A stretch of 64,000 nucleotides of DNA from Nostoc sp. (GCA_036918135.1 JBALDB010000056.1:288001-352000), one strand, 5' to 3'; counted from the first letter of the stretch, positions 40,926 through 52,944 are shown. Notes: generated from the sequence alone by a model not told the origin. Numbers and translations are program-made.

Positions 40926-41441
40926 TCAATAAATCTTTTGACGCTTTGCCATCTTTGCAAAAGGCAGAGAACAATGAGGGCATTCACCTTTTACCCAATC
41001 TGAGGGAATTGAGAAAGGTGTTTCGCAGTTAGTACATTTGGTTAAAAAACCCAACTGGTGGCGATCGCATTTAAGTTTATCCTTATACTGCCACTCAATT
41101 CTGTGACAAGGTACTTCTGCATAACAAGCAGCACATAACCGAATTGGTCTAGGCTTCATCGTCACCCCATTAGGCGGTAGCATCTCGGCTAATCTATCTG
41201 CATTAACTCCTACCAGAGATGCCAAAGCCTCTAACTCTAGTCGAGTAGGAAATGGGTTAAAGTACAGTTTTTCCCAACGTCCCGTAACAGCACCAAGACC
41301 AGCAATTTTTCCTAAAGAGTATCCTGAAGGCAAGCTGTTAGCCTTAAATCGACGCAAACGCCCCAAATAATGACTAATGCTCTCTCCTTCGTATGGTTCA
41401 ACATAGCCTAGTTTTGGAAGAATTTCATCATCTTCATTCAT
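40926..41441 (-). CDS. tniQ: TniQ
   Basis: EPYEGESISHYLGR, RWEKLYFNPFP and Cys-rich zinc fingers; start at MNEDD. Confidence 0.95.
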   Translation of the reverse strand: MNEDDEILPKLGYVEPYEGESISHYLGRLRRFKANSLPSGYSLGKIAGLGAVTGRWEKLYFNPFPTRLELEALASLVGVNADRLAEMLPPNGVTMKPRPIRLCAACYAEVPCHRIEWQYKDKLKCDRHQLGFLTKCTNCETPFSIPSDWVKGECPHCSLPFAKMAKRQKIY

Positions 41442-42288
41442 TCTTCTTCTTATTTTCGAGGGGAACGTATTTTCTGCCATAACGACTAGCAATTTTTTCT
41501 AAAATGCTTTCATCAACTCTGCTGAATCCATTTTTTAGAGAATGTAAAACTGCCTTAGTAAGTATCTTTACTAGAAGCCCGATTCGCGCACTTGTACTAA
41601 GTGCTAAAATCTCAAATATAGTCCCTTCAACTAAATTAGACGCTTCTGGAAGAGATAGAATATCCAATTCAATTGTACTTAATGTCTTCTTAAAATCCTC
41701 ATATTCCAGACGTTCAAACTCATACAGTGTTGGAAAAACTGTCAATAAATCACAATCTTGCAAGATATCGTCTAATTCCTTACCTCCAACTAAGACAATA
41801 GGAATATTAGATTCTTCAAAAAGTTGCTTTAAGTCTAAAAACGCCTCTTTTTGAAGATTTTCAGCATTATCAATAATCACAATTTCTAGCCCAAATAGCT
41901 CCAGACTACCAGCTAATCTTGGACGTAAATCTTGTCGCTTACCTGTTGGTGCGGCATGGTTAATATCCTTCAGTATTTGTGAAAATAGACGTTTAGAACT
42001 GGATGCTGACCAAGCTTTTACATAGGAAACTCGTTTTTTATCCTCATCTCGATAGTGAAGCGATGCCCGACTTTTACCAACATCTCTTGGGCCAATGATT
42101 CGACCACATTGTTTGAGGAGACGCAGTTCATCTAACCATCTGAAGCATTCCGAAGCCCGATCAGTTGTGATAAAACAACTTCTAAAAAGTTCCTCAATAT
42201 CAATAGTTTTAGCAATTTGATCATTCAGGTCTAACTTTGGGGCTAGGACTTCAACAAAGGATTGAGTTGCAAGTTGCGATCGCGCCAT
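41434..42288 (-). CDS. tnsC: TnsC AAA+ ATPase
   Basis: GPRDVGKS Walker A, IIIDNAE Walker B, IVLVG; between tnsB and tniQ. Confidence 0.93.
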   Translation of the reverse strand: MARSQLATQSFVEVLAPKLDLNDQIAKTIDIEELFRSCFITTDRASECFRWLDELRLLKQCGRIIGPRDVGKSRASLHYRDEDKKRVSYVKAWSASSSKRLFSQILKDINHAAPTGKRQDLRPRLAGSLELFGLEIVIIDNAENLQKEAFLDLKQLFEESNIPIVLVGGKELDDILQDCDLLTVFPTLYEFERLEYEDFKKTLSTIELDILSLPEASNLVEGTIFEILALSTSARIGLLVKILTKAVLHSLKNGFSRVDESILEKIASRYGRKYVPLENKKKNE

Positions 42289-42291
42289 AAT

Positions 42292-44157
42292 TTACCAAAT
42301 CTTTTTCAAGTTTTTTTGACTGTTAGAGACTACTAACTTATGTCTCTGCTCTTCTTGAGTATTAGTTTGTGTTGAAATATTTTCCTGTGGTTGTGGTTCT
42401 ATCTTCTCAATTTTAATTTCTTCCCTGCAAACTCTCTCAGGTAAAAGTTCCTGATTTTCTTCTTTACTTAAAGATTTTGAAGCCCTACTTTTGCGTAGTT
42501 CAATAAGATTTGAGCTTTTCTTAGATATAGAACGTAGACGTTTTTGCTCTGCTCTTCTTTTTTCCTTTTTGTCTTGTTTGCGCTCTTCTACAAGTTCCTT
42601 GCGTTTACCTAATGCTGATAAGGCATCATAATTAAAATGCTCCTTACGAGCTTTACTGCGCTGTCTATTCAGGGCTTTTAACTCTTCTAAACTCAGGTCA
42701 TGAGTATCCATGTTGACGGCATGAGCATAGCCCAAGAAATCTTCTAAATTATCATCAGTTTCGCAACTGTAAACATATAAAGTAAGGATATGGTTGGGGT
42801 CATATCTCAGCGTCACATATTCACCTTTATATATCTTGAGTAATTCTCCTCGATAAATCAGGTTTTCAAACTGTATAGAGCCATGAGCTTGAACAACTCG
42901 TTGCGCTTCTTTCATTAAACAGATATCCAATTCTCGCTCATCCAAAGGCTCAGGTAGCTTTTCTCCCATTCCCTTGAACCAGCGTTCAAATCTCGTATCA
43001 CGAGGATCTTTAGGATAAGGCTTGTGGTTATAAATATCACAAAAGAAACTAGCGAGAATTTTGTCCAAATCCTGTATTGTCAAACAGGCTTCTTTCTCTG
43101 CATTTTCGGGGCGTTCCTGAACATTTGCCCCTGTATAACCAGGTAAATCTTTGAGAACTTGAGTATTAACAGTTTTAAAAATGCGTTCTACAATACCGCC
43201 TTCGGGAGGGCGATCGCGTAGTTCACACTGAAATCCTAGTTTCTTACCAATGGCTTTAAGATGTTTTGAGCGAAAATCTTTTCCACCATCAGTAAAAAAA
43301 TATTGAAAAGGAGGCCCGTATATTTGCCAAACTTTATTTAGCTCATAATCTTCAGGATATGTTTTGGGCAAAATAGCGTGTCTTAGGGCTAAAGCCACCT
43401 CTGTAGAACCTGGTTGTTTGATCCATAAGCGGAACCCAACAACACAGCTTGAATAAGTATCCACAATAGTAGTTAACCAAGGACGCTCAGATAATAAATT
43501 ACCATCACTATCAACTATGCAAATATCTAATTTAGTATGGTCACACTGAATGATTTGGTTACTAAAGTTAGCCCTTAGTAGCTGTCCATCTCGTGTTACC
43601 ACTGTCATCCAAGATCTCGAACCAGGATTTCTAACTTTTATCTTTTTTGTATGTTGTTCGATTAAAGGATCTAAAATTCTATAAACAGTAGCTTGATGAG
43701 GATAATCTCCTGGTTTAAGTTTAAGATCCACACTCGCGTGCCGCTCCACTTCACGAACTATAGATGCTGGTGAAATTGGATGTTTATTTTTAATACTTTC
43801 TTCATAAATTGTTTTAATAAATTCTTGCCAGTATTCGCTGACTCTATGCTTTCCCTTATCTGAGCGTTGAACACCTGCTGATTCTAATAACCTATCATCA
43901 TGGTATTGCTTGAGAAGACGTTCCACCTGTCGAGTAGAAACCTCCAGGGTATCTGCAACAGCCTGCTTTCTCTGAGACTTGATCGTGCGATTCGGTGATT
44001 CCGCAAGCCAGTGGATTAGATTAAATGTCAGTTTATGCCTATCTGATACTTCCAGAATGATTTGGGATGGATCTACAACAAAATTACTCTTATCAAGAAA
44101 GATAGCATCTGGAGCTTGCGTTAATTCTTCCATGAATTCAAATTGTTTGTCTGCCAT
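42292..44157 (-). CDS. tnsB: TnsB DDE transposase
   Basis: QCDHTKLD, TDGGKDF, EGGIVER, YDP; start at MADKQ. Confidence 0.95.
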   Translation of the reverse strand: MADKQFEFMEELTQAPDAIFLDKSNFVVDPSQIILEVSDRHKLTFNLIHWLAESPNRTIKSQRKQAVADTLEVSTRQVERLLKQYHDDRLLESAGVQRSDKGKHRVSEYWQEFIKTIYEESIKNKHPISPASIVREVERHASVDLKLKPGDYPHQATVYRILDPLIEQHTKKIKVRNPGSRSWMTVVTRDGQLLRANFSNQIIQCDHTKLDICIVDSDGNLLSERPWLTTIVDTYSSCVVGFRLWIKQPGSTEVALALRHAILPKTYPEDYELNKVWQIYGPPFQYFFTDGGKDFRSKHLKAIGKKLGFQCELRDRPPEGGIVERIFKTVNTQVLKDLPGYTGANVQERPENAEKEACLTIQDLDKILASFFCDIYNHKPYPKDPRDTRFERWFKGMGEKLPEPLDERELDICLMKEAQRVVQAHGSIQFENLIYRGELLKIYKGEYVTLRYDPNHILTLYVYSCETDDNLEDFLGYAHAVNMDTHDLSLEELKALNRQRSKARKEHFNYDALSALGKRKELVEERKQDKKEKRRAEQKRLRSISKKSSNLIELRKSRASKSLSKEENQELLPERVCREEIKIEKIEPQPQENISTQTNTQEEQRHKLVVSNSQKNLKKIW

Positions 44158-44217
44158 TGCAGTGAAAAACACTCATGAATAATTAAAGTACTAATGTACC
44201 ATTAATTGACTAAGAAT

Positions 44218-44425
44218 GCGACATACAATTTGAAAAATGTGTAAATATTAACAAACGACATCTAATTTGAGAATATAAAATTTGCGACAGAGAAAATGCG
44301 AATTAAGCAAATTTATTTTCCGTGTGAGTAAATAGTTTATAATCCTTACAGGATAAAGGTTTTAGATATTTAAATGCGGTTGCGACACTATCTGCGAATT
44401 GCGACATATAATTTGCGAATGTACA
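44218..44425 (-). repeat. CAST right end with TnsB-binding sites
   Basis: Several (G)CGACA-N-AATTTG sites; terminal GCGACATATAATTTGCGAATGTACA. Confidence 0.9.
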
Positions 44426-45663
44426 GCTTGCAAGAATTAAAGTCATATCCTCAAAGAGTCTTAGTAGCTACCGATTGTTTGAGTGAAGGCGTAAACCTTC
44501 AATCTCACTTCAGTGCAGTAATTCACTACGATTTACCCTGGAACCCCAATCGTTTGGAACAACGAGAGGGACGTATTGACCGCTACGGTCAAACTGCAAG
44601 TCAAGTTAAGACCTTGCTGCTTTACGGTTCAGATAATCCGGTGGATGGTGCAGTTTTAGATGTGCTAATTCGCAAGGCTGTACAAATTCATAAGACTTTG
44701 GGAATTACCGTCCCCGTACCAATGGACAGCACTACAGTGTCGGAAGCTGTTTTTAAATCTTTGTTTGACCGCGCTCATGATGCGGTGCAATTGTCTCTAT
44801 TGGATTTGTTAGATGAACAGGAATCTGCTGTTGAGCAAGTCAGTAAAAATTGGGATAAAGCTGTAGAACGAGAAAAGATTAGCCGTACCCGCTTTGCTCA
44901 ACGGTCAATCAAACCTGCGGAAGTAGAGCAAGAGCTAATTGAATCTGAGCAAATTCTAGGTAGTGAACAGGATGTGCAACGGTTCGTGTTGTCAGCCGCA
45001 AATCGCCTATCTTGTTCGTTAACTAAGAAAAAACAAAATTGGTTACTCTCCACAATTCCTAATTTTCTCCAGCCTTCACTGGGGGATAAGTCACGCTTGT
45101 TTACCTTTACAACTCCTACACCAGAAGGGGTGGAATATGTAGGACGGAATCACCCTTTGGTAGAAGGTTTAGCACGTCACATTATTGAAGATGCACTTTC
45201 AAATAATCAAAACCCCATCGCAGCGCGGTGTGGTTTTACTACAACCGATACTGTCACCAAGCGCACGACTTTACTATTAGTGCGGCTACGGCATTTGTTA
45301 AACAGTCCCAAACACCAAAGTTTGCTGGCGGAAGAGTGTGCAGTAGTTGGATTTACAGGCCCGCCATCAAATCCCATCTGGCTGACACCAGAGGAAGCAA
45401 AATCTCTACTGGAACAAGCTAATCCTGTGGGTGATGCACCTCCGGGTATCAAAAAAGCGGAAATTGAAGACTTACTCAGCCAAATAACAGAGATTGAATC
45501 TGATTTAGAACTATTTGCTAGAGAACGATCGCATTCTCTTTCCCAATCACATCGGCGAGTCAGAGCCATTACCCAAGAAGGGCAGATTCAGGTTAAACCC
45601 CAGCTACCGATGGACATTCTAGGCGTTTACATTCTCCAGCCGGGAAAAATTCGTAATTCGTAA
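44426..45663 (+). pseudogene. 5'-truncated SNF2-type helicase (DrmD-like), cut by the CAST right end
   Basis: Begins directly in helicase motifs V/VI (VLVATDCLSEGVNLQ, LPWNPNRLEQREGRIDRYGQ); Walker A/B half missing. Confidence 0.85.
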
Positions 45664-45696
45664 TTTTTTAGACAAGTTTTAAGAATAAGGGTGTGA

Positions 45697-48600
45697 GTGA
45701 TGAGTGTAGCAGGGATTACTTTAACTGGTATTCAGATTGAAGGTAATTTGTTAGCAGCAGATATGACTGCCGAATTGCTGGCGGGTAATCTGAGAGGACA
45801 AGCATCAGAGGATTTTGGTTTTAGTAAAACCGACAAACTAGCAGATGAAATTGCGATCGCCTGGGGTGATGCTAAAGCTTATTGGGCTGCATTTCAACGG
45901 CAATTAGACAGGTTAGATGCCGATGACACCGCTACCAGCGTCACCCGCGAATTGTGGGTAGTTCCCTTACTACGAAGTCTCGGATATAACCCTGTTTACA
46001 CCGCAAAAGCCGAAGTCGTGGAAGGACAAACTTATGCGATTTCCCATCGTGCAGAACCAGGAGAGAATAAGCCACCTATCCACATTATTGGTTGTCGAGT
46101 CAAGGTAGACCATCGTCCACCCAGTGGCACACCCAGGTTATCAGCACACGCACTCGTGCAGGAGTATCTTAACAAGACAGAACATTTGTGGGCGATCGCA
46201 ACTAATGGTTATCGCTGGCGGTTACTGCGCGACTCTTCGTTGATGACTCGTCTTACTTATATCGAATTTGACTTAGAACAGATTCTCAACGGTGAGAACT
46301 TTGCCGAATTTGGGCTATTTTATCGGTTGTTTCACCGTTCGCGCTTGCCTGAAGGTGTGGATGATGCCGATAAGTGCTTGCTGGAATATTACCACCAAGA
46401 AGCACTACAACAGGGCGGACGGGTACGCGACAGACTTCGAGATGGGGTTGAAAAAGCATTAATACAGCTAGGCACAGGTTTTCTCCAACATCCAAGTAAT
46501 GAAAATTTGCGGCAGAAGCTAACGGGGTAGATATAAATCCCTTAGCTGTTGATTTATGCAAAGTAGCATTATGGATTGAAGGCTTTTCTCGCGGCTTTCC
46601 TCTTAACTTTTTAGACCACAGGATTAGGTGTGGTAATTCCCTTGTGGGAGTAATGGATTTAAGTTGCTTGGATGCAGGAATTCCTGATGAAGCGTTTAAG
46701 CCAGTAACAGGTGATGATAAAACACTATCAACACAGTTTAAAAAACGGAATAAAAAAGAACGTGAACAAAAAGGACAACTATCAATTGATGAGAAATTAA
46801 AAACTGATAGTGTAGATTATGCAGAAATGTGGCGACAGTTAGGGATAATTCCTGAAACCACGCCACAACAAGTTAAATATAAGCAAAAGCAATATCAAGA
46901 GAATCTGCAAGAATCGAGTTGGTGGTTGAAATATTCTGCTTGCAACTTATGGACAGCAGTATTTTTTATGCCACTAACTGAGCATTATTTACAATTACTA
47001 CCTACAACTGAAGCATTGAACCGTTTAAAGCGTGAAAAAGTAGAAAAAATTCATAAATCAGATGATAATTACGAATTACGAATTACAAATTATGAATTAA
47101 ATAAGGTTGTAGATGCAGCGAATAAGTTAGCTGAAGAAAAGCATTTCTTTCACTGGTGTTTAGAATTTCCCGAAGTGTTTGAACAAGGTGGATTTAATTG
47201 TGTGTTGGGAAATCCACCTTGGGAACGGATTAAATTACAAGAGAAAGAGTTTTTTGCTTCTCAAAGTGCGGAAATTGCTAATGCTGTAAATAAGGCAGCG
47301 CGGGAGAAGTTGATTAAGGAATTACCCAAGAAAAATCCTGAATTAGCACAAGCTTTTGAAGAAGCGAAACATGATGCAGAGGCACAAAGTAAATTTATTC
47401 GGGAGTCGGATAGATTTCCCTTAACTGCGGTGGGGGATATTAATACTTATGCTATTTTTGCTGAAACTACTAGAAAGCTAATCTCATCCGATGGAAGAGT
47501 TGGGGTAATAGTTCCTACTGGAATCGCAACTGATGACACTTGTAAAAAGTTCTTTGGAGATTTGACGCAGAAACAAGCTTTAGCAAGTCTGTATGATTTT
47601 GAAAATCGGGAACGTTTATTTACTGCTGTAGATAGCCGCATGAAATTTTCTCTGTTGGCTATTAGTGGTAAACCAATCAAACGAGGTAATTTTGCCTTTT
47701 TTCTAACTCAAACTAAACAGTTAGATAATCAATCACGCTTGTTTCAGCTTACACCTCAAGATATTGCTTTAATTAATCCTAATACTCTCACTTGTCCAAT
47801 TTTTAGAACTAGTCAGGATGCAGAATTAACCAAAAAAATCTATCAGCGTGTTCCTGTTTTGGAAAATGAAATAACAGGGAGTAATCCTTGGGGTATTTCA
47901 TTTATGACAATGTTTCATATGTCAAATGATAGCGGTTTATTTAAAAATGAGGCGGGTAATGGTTTAGTTCCACTTTATGAAGCGAAGATGTTTCACCAAT
48001 TTACTCACCGTTGGGCAACTTATACAGATAATGGCGATACTCGTGATTTGACTGATGAGGAAAAGGGTAATGCGTCTTTTGTTGTTCAACCGCGTTATTG
48101 GGTGAGTCAGGTTGAGGTGGAAAATAAGTTAGCTGAAAAATGGGATAAAGATTGGCTTTTAAGTTTTAGAGATATTTGTAGGTCAACTGATGAACGTACT
48201 GCAATTTTCAGCTTATTACCTAAAGTAGCATTAGGAAATACCTCTCCTATATGTTTTATATTACAAAAATATATATTTAAAATAACTTGTCTAGTAGCTA
48301 ATTGTAGCAGTTTAGTTTTTGACTTTGTTACTCGTCAAAAAATAGGATGAACACATTTAACTTATTTTTATCTCAAACAACTCCCCGTTCTTTCCCCAGA
48401 ATTATACACCCCAGAAGATATCAAATTTATTAGCGATCGCGTCCTCGAATTAGTCTACACTGCCTGGGATATGCAACCCTTCGCCAAAGACATGGGATAT
48501 GACGGCGAACCCTTCATTTGGAATCCTAACAGACGCGCATTATTAAGAGCAGAACTAGACGCATATTACGCCAAACTCTACGGACTCACCCGTGATGAAC

Positions 48601-48749
48601 TGCGATATATTCTAGATCCTGCTGATGTCTACGGTGCAGACTTCCCCAGTGAAACATTCCGCGTTTTAAAGAATAACGAAATTAAACAGTTTGGTGAATA
48701 TCGCACACAAAGGTTAGTGCTAGAGGCATGGGATAAAATGTTTAAATAA
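45697..48749 (+). pseudogene. Eco57I/DrmMI-like N6-adenine methyltransferase with an internal deletion and a nonsense codon
   Basis: N-part ends at 46530; GVDINPLAVDLCK resumes in another frame and motif I (DPACG) is absent; GNPPW present; KIG*THL stop at 48348-48350 is in frame with 48471-48749. Confidence 0.85.
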
Positions 48750-48765
48750 TTCGTAATTCGTAATT

Positions 48766-49554
48766 ATGAAAACAGATGCGATTTTTTATGAGATATTTAA
48801 AGAGTTTCCTAACATTTTCTTTGAAATTATTGGTAAAGCAGATACCAACACAAATATCTATGAGTTTAATGCACCAGAAGTTAAACAAAAAAGCTTTCGA
48901 TTAGACGGAGTATTTTCTCCTTTAGAAAAATTTATTAATGAACCACTGTACTTTGTCGAGATTCAGTTTTATAAAGACGAAGGATTTTATGACCGATTAT
49001 TTACAAGTATTTTCCTTTACTTTACTCAATATCAACCACCTAACCCTGACTGGTTCGCCATAGTTATCTATGACAAACGTAGCAATGAACGTAGCTATCC
49101 CCAACGTTATCGTTCCTTATTGGAACCTCATCTACGTCGCTTTTACCTAGATGAACTTGACGACGCACCAGATAATTCTCTGGGAATAGGAATTGTACGC
49201 TTAGTTGTAGAGAGTGAAAATAAAGCCGGAGAATTCGCCAAAAACCTAATTGACAAAGCTAAAAAGGAATTGACAGACACTCTCATTCAAAGAAAAGTTA
49301 TAGAATTTATAGAGACAATAGTAGTCTACAAGTTTCCTAACTTAAGCCGCGAGGAAATAGAAATTATGCTGAATTTAAACTTGCTGAAAGAAACTAGAGT
49401 TTATCAAGAAGCAAAAGAAGAAGGTAAGCAAGAAGGAAAACTGGAAACCAAATTTCAAATTATACCAATTTTGCTGGAACTAGGATTAAGTGTTCAACAA
49501 ATTGCTGAACGTTTAGAACTAGATGTGGAGGAAGTAAGAAAAGTTGCAGAATAA
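48766..49554 (+). CDS. Rpn-family/DUF2887 PD-(D/E)xK nuclease-like protein
   Basis: MKTDAIFY, FRLDGVF, YFVEIQF, ETRVYQEAKEEGKQEG and a C-terminal HTH. Confidence 0.85.
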   Translation: MKTDAIFYEIFKEFPNIFFEIIGKADTNTNIYEFNAPEVKQKSFRLDGVFSPLEKFINEPLYFVEIQFYKDEGFYDRLFTSIFLYFTQYQPPNPDWFAIVIYDKRSNERSYPQRYRSLLEPHLRRFYLDELDDAPDNSLGIGIVRLVVESENKAGEFAKNLIDKAKKELTDTLIQRKVIEFIETIVVYKFPNLSREEIEIMLNLNLLKETRVYQEAKEEGKQEGKLETKFQIIPILLELGLSVQQIAERLELDVEEVRKVAE

Positions 49555-49659
49555 CAATAAATATTTTGTTATTTTCCGTGTGTATAACGGGAAATATAGT
49601 AGATAGGGTGCGTTAGATCGTTAACGCACCCTATTTATTAAAAGTTAGAATCAAATTAT

Positions 49660-52588
49660 ATGAAAATAACTATAAAATTACAGGAATTATTACAGCAACC
49701 TGAAGATGCAATCTTATCTATTAGCAATTTATTAAGTCAAAAATTAGCATTACTAGATTGTACAGGAGTGGTAGCTGTTACCCCAGAGCAATTAGCTTTG
49801 CTCTTTACAGGTATTCCTCAAAATTGGGATATACAAGAAATTGAAGAGATATTCAACTTTTCTACTATTACTCAAACCTTTAACCACCAACTTCGAGAAT
49901 GGATTAACCAACGCTTAGGACGCACCCCACCTCTATCATCAATAACGAATTACGTTAGCGCAAGCGGTAGCGACGCAGGAGCGTCATTACGAACTACGAA
50001 TTATCTTGATATTTTTAATTTCCGTAACGAAGTAATTGGCGACTACCGCCGCTATATTGAAAGCTTCCTCAAAATTCGTGACGAAAAAGTAAAAGCATTT
50101 GTCGATCGCGAGTTAGAAAAAGGTCAACTCTGGACTGACCCTTTAGTGCAACTTAACCCTAAATATCGTCCAGGTGCATCTGTCGCCACATTAGTACAAC
50201 AAGGAATTCTCCATCCAGACTGTAGACGCTACTTCTCAAAAGATGGTGAACCTTTTACCTTCCACTACCACCAAAAACAAGCCTTTGAAACAGCACAACG
50301 TCAAGAACACTACGTTGTCACCACAGGAACGGGTTCGGGTAAAAGCTTAACTTATGTCGTCCCCATCATTAATGATTTGCTACACCATCCTGAAATTAAA
50401 GGAGTTAGGGCTATTTTGGTTTATCCCATGAATGCCCTAATTAATTCTCAGGAAGAAGAATTAAGAAAATTTCTCAAACAAGTTTCTAATACCCACATTC
50501 GAGTTGAAAAGTACACTGGGCAAGAAAAACGAGAGAAGAAAATCGAAATTCAAAACAACCCGCCTCAAATCTTACTAACAAATTACGTGATGCTAGAGTT
50601 AATGCTCTCGCGCACTCACGAAGATAAATTAGTAGAATCCCCCGATTTAAAATTCCTTGTACTAGATGAACTGCATACTTACAGAGGACGGCAAGGTGCA
50701 GATGTCAGTATCTTAATTCGCAAACTTCGGCAACGTTGCGGTCAGAAACTTCTGTGCATCGGTACTAGTGCCACCATGTCTTCTGAAGGTTCCCGCCAAC
50801 AACGTCGTCAGGTAGTCGCAGATGTTGCTAGTAAATTATTCGGTGTCGAAATTAAATCCAGCAACGTCATCGATGAAACTTTAGAACGTTCCATCCAAAG
50901 TGCTGCACCCACCACAGAAAAATTGCGTCAAAGCATTATCCAAGGTTTACCGCTAAAGTCCGAACAAACCTTAGAAGCTTTTCAACAGCATCCCCTTAGC
51001 CACTGGGTAGAAATGAACTTTGGTTTAGAAGAAAAAGAAGGTCATCTCGTCCGCCGCACACCCATCACCTTAGAAACAGGTGCAGAACAACTCGCAAATC
51101 AAACCCAACTCAACGAGGAAACTTGCTTAAATATCCTCAAACAGATATTTCTCTGGGGAAGCAAAACTAAGGGGTTGGCATTCCGCCTGCATCAGTTTAT
51201 TTCCCAAGGGGGTAGCGTTTACGCCACCATTTATTCCCACAGACGAAGGCGGCGAATTTATTTCCCGCCCCCGCAGCGTTGCTTTGAGAGAATTTGCCCC
51301 AAGTAATATTATTTACTATGAGGGTAGTAAATTTATGGTGGCTAAAACCAAAATGCCAGTTGGTGGGGCTGATTATCAACGGGTAAATGTCTGCTTTAAA
51401 TGCGGCTATTTCCATGAAGGGATAGCCAGTAACCGCGACACTTGTGAGAACTGCGGGGCAAAACTTGTTGATAGTAACAATGATAAGGCTTTACTTACTC
51501 GCTTATTATCAATGGAAACTGCGATCGCCTGGAGACGAGAACGCATCACTTGCGATGAAGAAGAACGTCTGAAATACGGTTACAACATCACTACCCACTT
51601 CCGTTACGACAAGCAAAAACGCCAATTAGTCACAGTAAAAACTGCCAATGGTACACAATTACTTCGATTAACCTACAGTCCTACAGCAGACATCTGGCAT
51701 ATTAATCGTGGACTCAACAAGAAAAAAAGCGAAGAAAGAGGATTTAAACTCGATATCAAAACTGGTATTTGGGGCGAATCCAAAAACGACTCGGCAAAAG
51801 ATAGCATTCACACCGACGTTAATTTAATGGTGAACAACACCTGTAATATCCTAGTTGTGGAACCATTAAATGTCCCTACAGACAACAGAGAAGCTTTTAT
51901 TACCACCCTACAGTACGCCTTAGAAACTGCTATCCAAGCAGTGTACAAATTAGAAGCCGACGAACTCGACTCTGAACGCTTAGGAGACGGTAAATATTTG
52001 CTGTTCTGGGAGGCTGCGGAAGGCGGTGCAGGTGTCCTTTCTCAACTATTAGAAAACAGTAAAGCTTTTCCAAAAATCGCCGATGCAGCTTTAGATATTT
52101 GCCATTTCCAAGAAGCTAAAGATAGCTGTGTTCAAGCTTGCTATGAATGCTTGCTTTCTTACCGCAACCAATTCGACCATGCTTTGATAAATCGTCATCT
52201 CATCAAAACCTTACTTGAAGAACTGCAAAACAGTACAGTGCAGATAGAAGGAATATGCCGTGATGAACAGTATCAACAACTGCTACAACAAACAGATCCA
52301 AATTCCCAATTTGAGCGCATAGTTTTAACAGCAATTTATCAAAGCGGATATAAACTACCCGATTCTGCACAAGAATTAATTCCAGAGGCGAACTGTAAGC
52401 CAGATTTTCTTTATAAAGAAGATGGCATTGCTGTTTTCTGTGACGGTTCAGTCCATGACAGCCCTGAGAAACGCAGACAAGACAAAATTGAGCGAGATAA
52501 TCTCAAGTACAATACCAGTTACCATATTCTTGTCCTTAGACATGATGAAGATTGGCAAACAGAGTTGACAAAACTTGCAAGTTTGTGA
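49660..52588 (+). pseudogene. DEAD/DEAH helicase with DUF1998 (MrfA/DrmAB-like) and a C-terminal nuclease-like domain, split by an internal deletion
   Basis: TGTGSGKS, YPMNAL, DELH, SAT; frame break near 51230; then ALREFAP, EAAEGGAG, CVQACYECLLSYRNQ, PDFLY...CDGSVH. Confidence 0.85.
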
Positions 52589-52640
52589 GTGGCTTTAGAG
52601 TGCGATCGGCAGTATTCACATCTCTAAGCTGAAGCAATTT

Positions 52641-52917
52641 TCAAAGACGTTTCTGACGCTTCGCCATTGTTGCAAAAGGCAAAAAACAGTGAGTACATTC
52701 ACCTTGTACCCAATCTGCGGGAATTGGGAAAAGAGTTTCACAGTTAGTACATTTGGTTAACAAGCGTAAATTGTGGCGATCGCGCAAATGGCATTCAAAT
52801 CCAAGTTGAAATCCAATTTGTTTTAAATGCTCCGAGCGAAAATCCTTTCCACATCAGTAAACAAATTTTCTGGAATACCAAAAGTTCCCCACTCACAATG
52901 AAGTTTATATTCCGAAG
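52641..52917 (-). pseudogene. Relic of a second CAST: tnsB fragment fused to the tniQ 3' end
   Basis: EYKLHCEWGTFGIPENLFTD(fs)GKDFRSEHLKQIGFQLGFECHLRDR joined to HNLRLLTKCTNCETLFPIPADWVQGECTHCFLPFATMAKRQKRL*; homologous to, but diverged from, the intact genes. Confidence 0.9.
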
Positions 52918-52944
52918 TGAGGATTATAGCCTTAAATATTTCGA

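Larger units (their letters stand above)
25874..44425 (-). mobile_element. Type V-K CRISPR-associated Tn7-like transposon (CAST), ~18.5 kb
   Basis: TGTACA termini with a 33-bp perfect inverted repeat; cas12k, tracrRNA, CRISPR array and tnsBC-tniQ; no tnsA; inserted 4 bp after tRNA-Pro. Confidence 0.96.

Noticed and set aside
44374..44425. Start of the 429-aa ORF (MRLRHYLRIATYNLRMY)
   Set aside because: These codons are the transposon right end; the same peptide appears at the left end in ORF 25680-25964. It is a chance fusion to the truncated helicase.
25869..44430. 5-bp target-site duplication of the CAST
   Set aside because: Flanks ATTGT and GCTTG do not match in either orientation.
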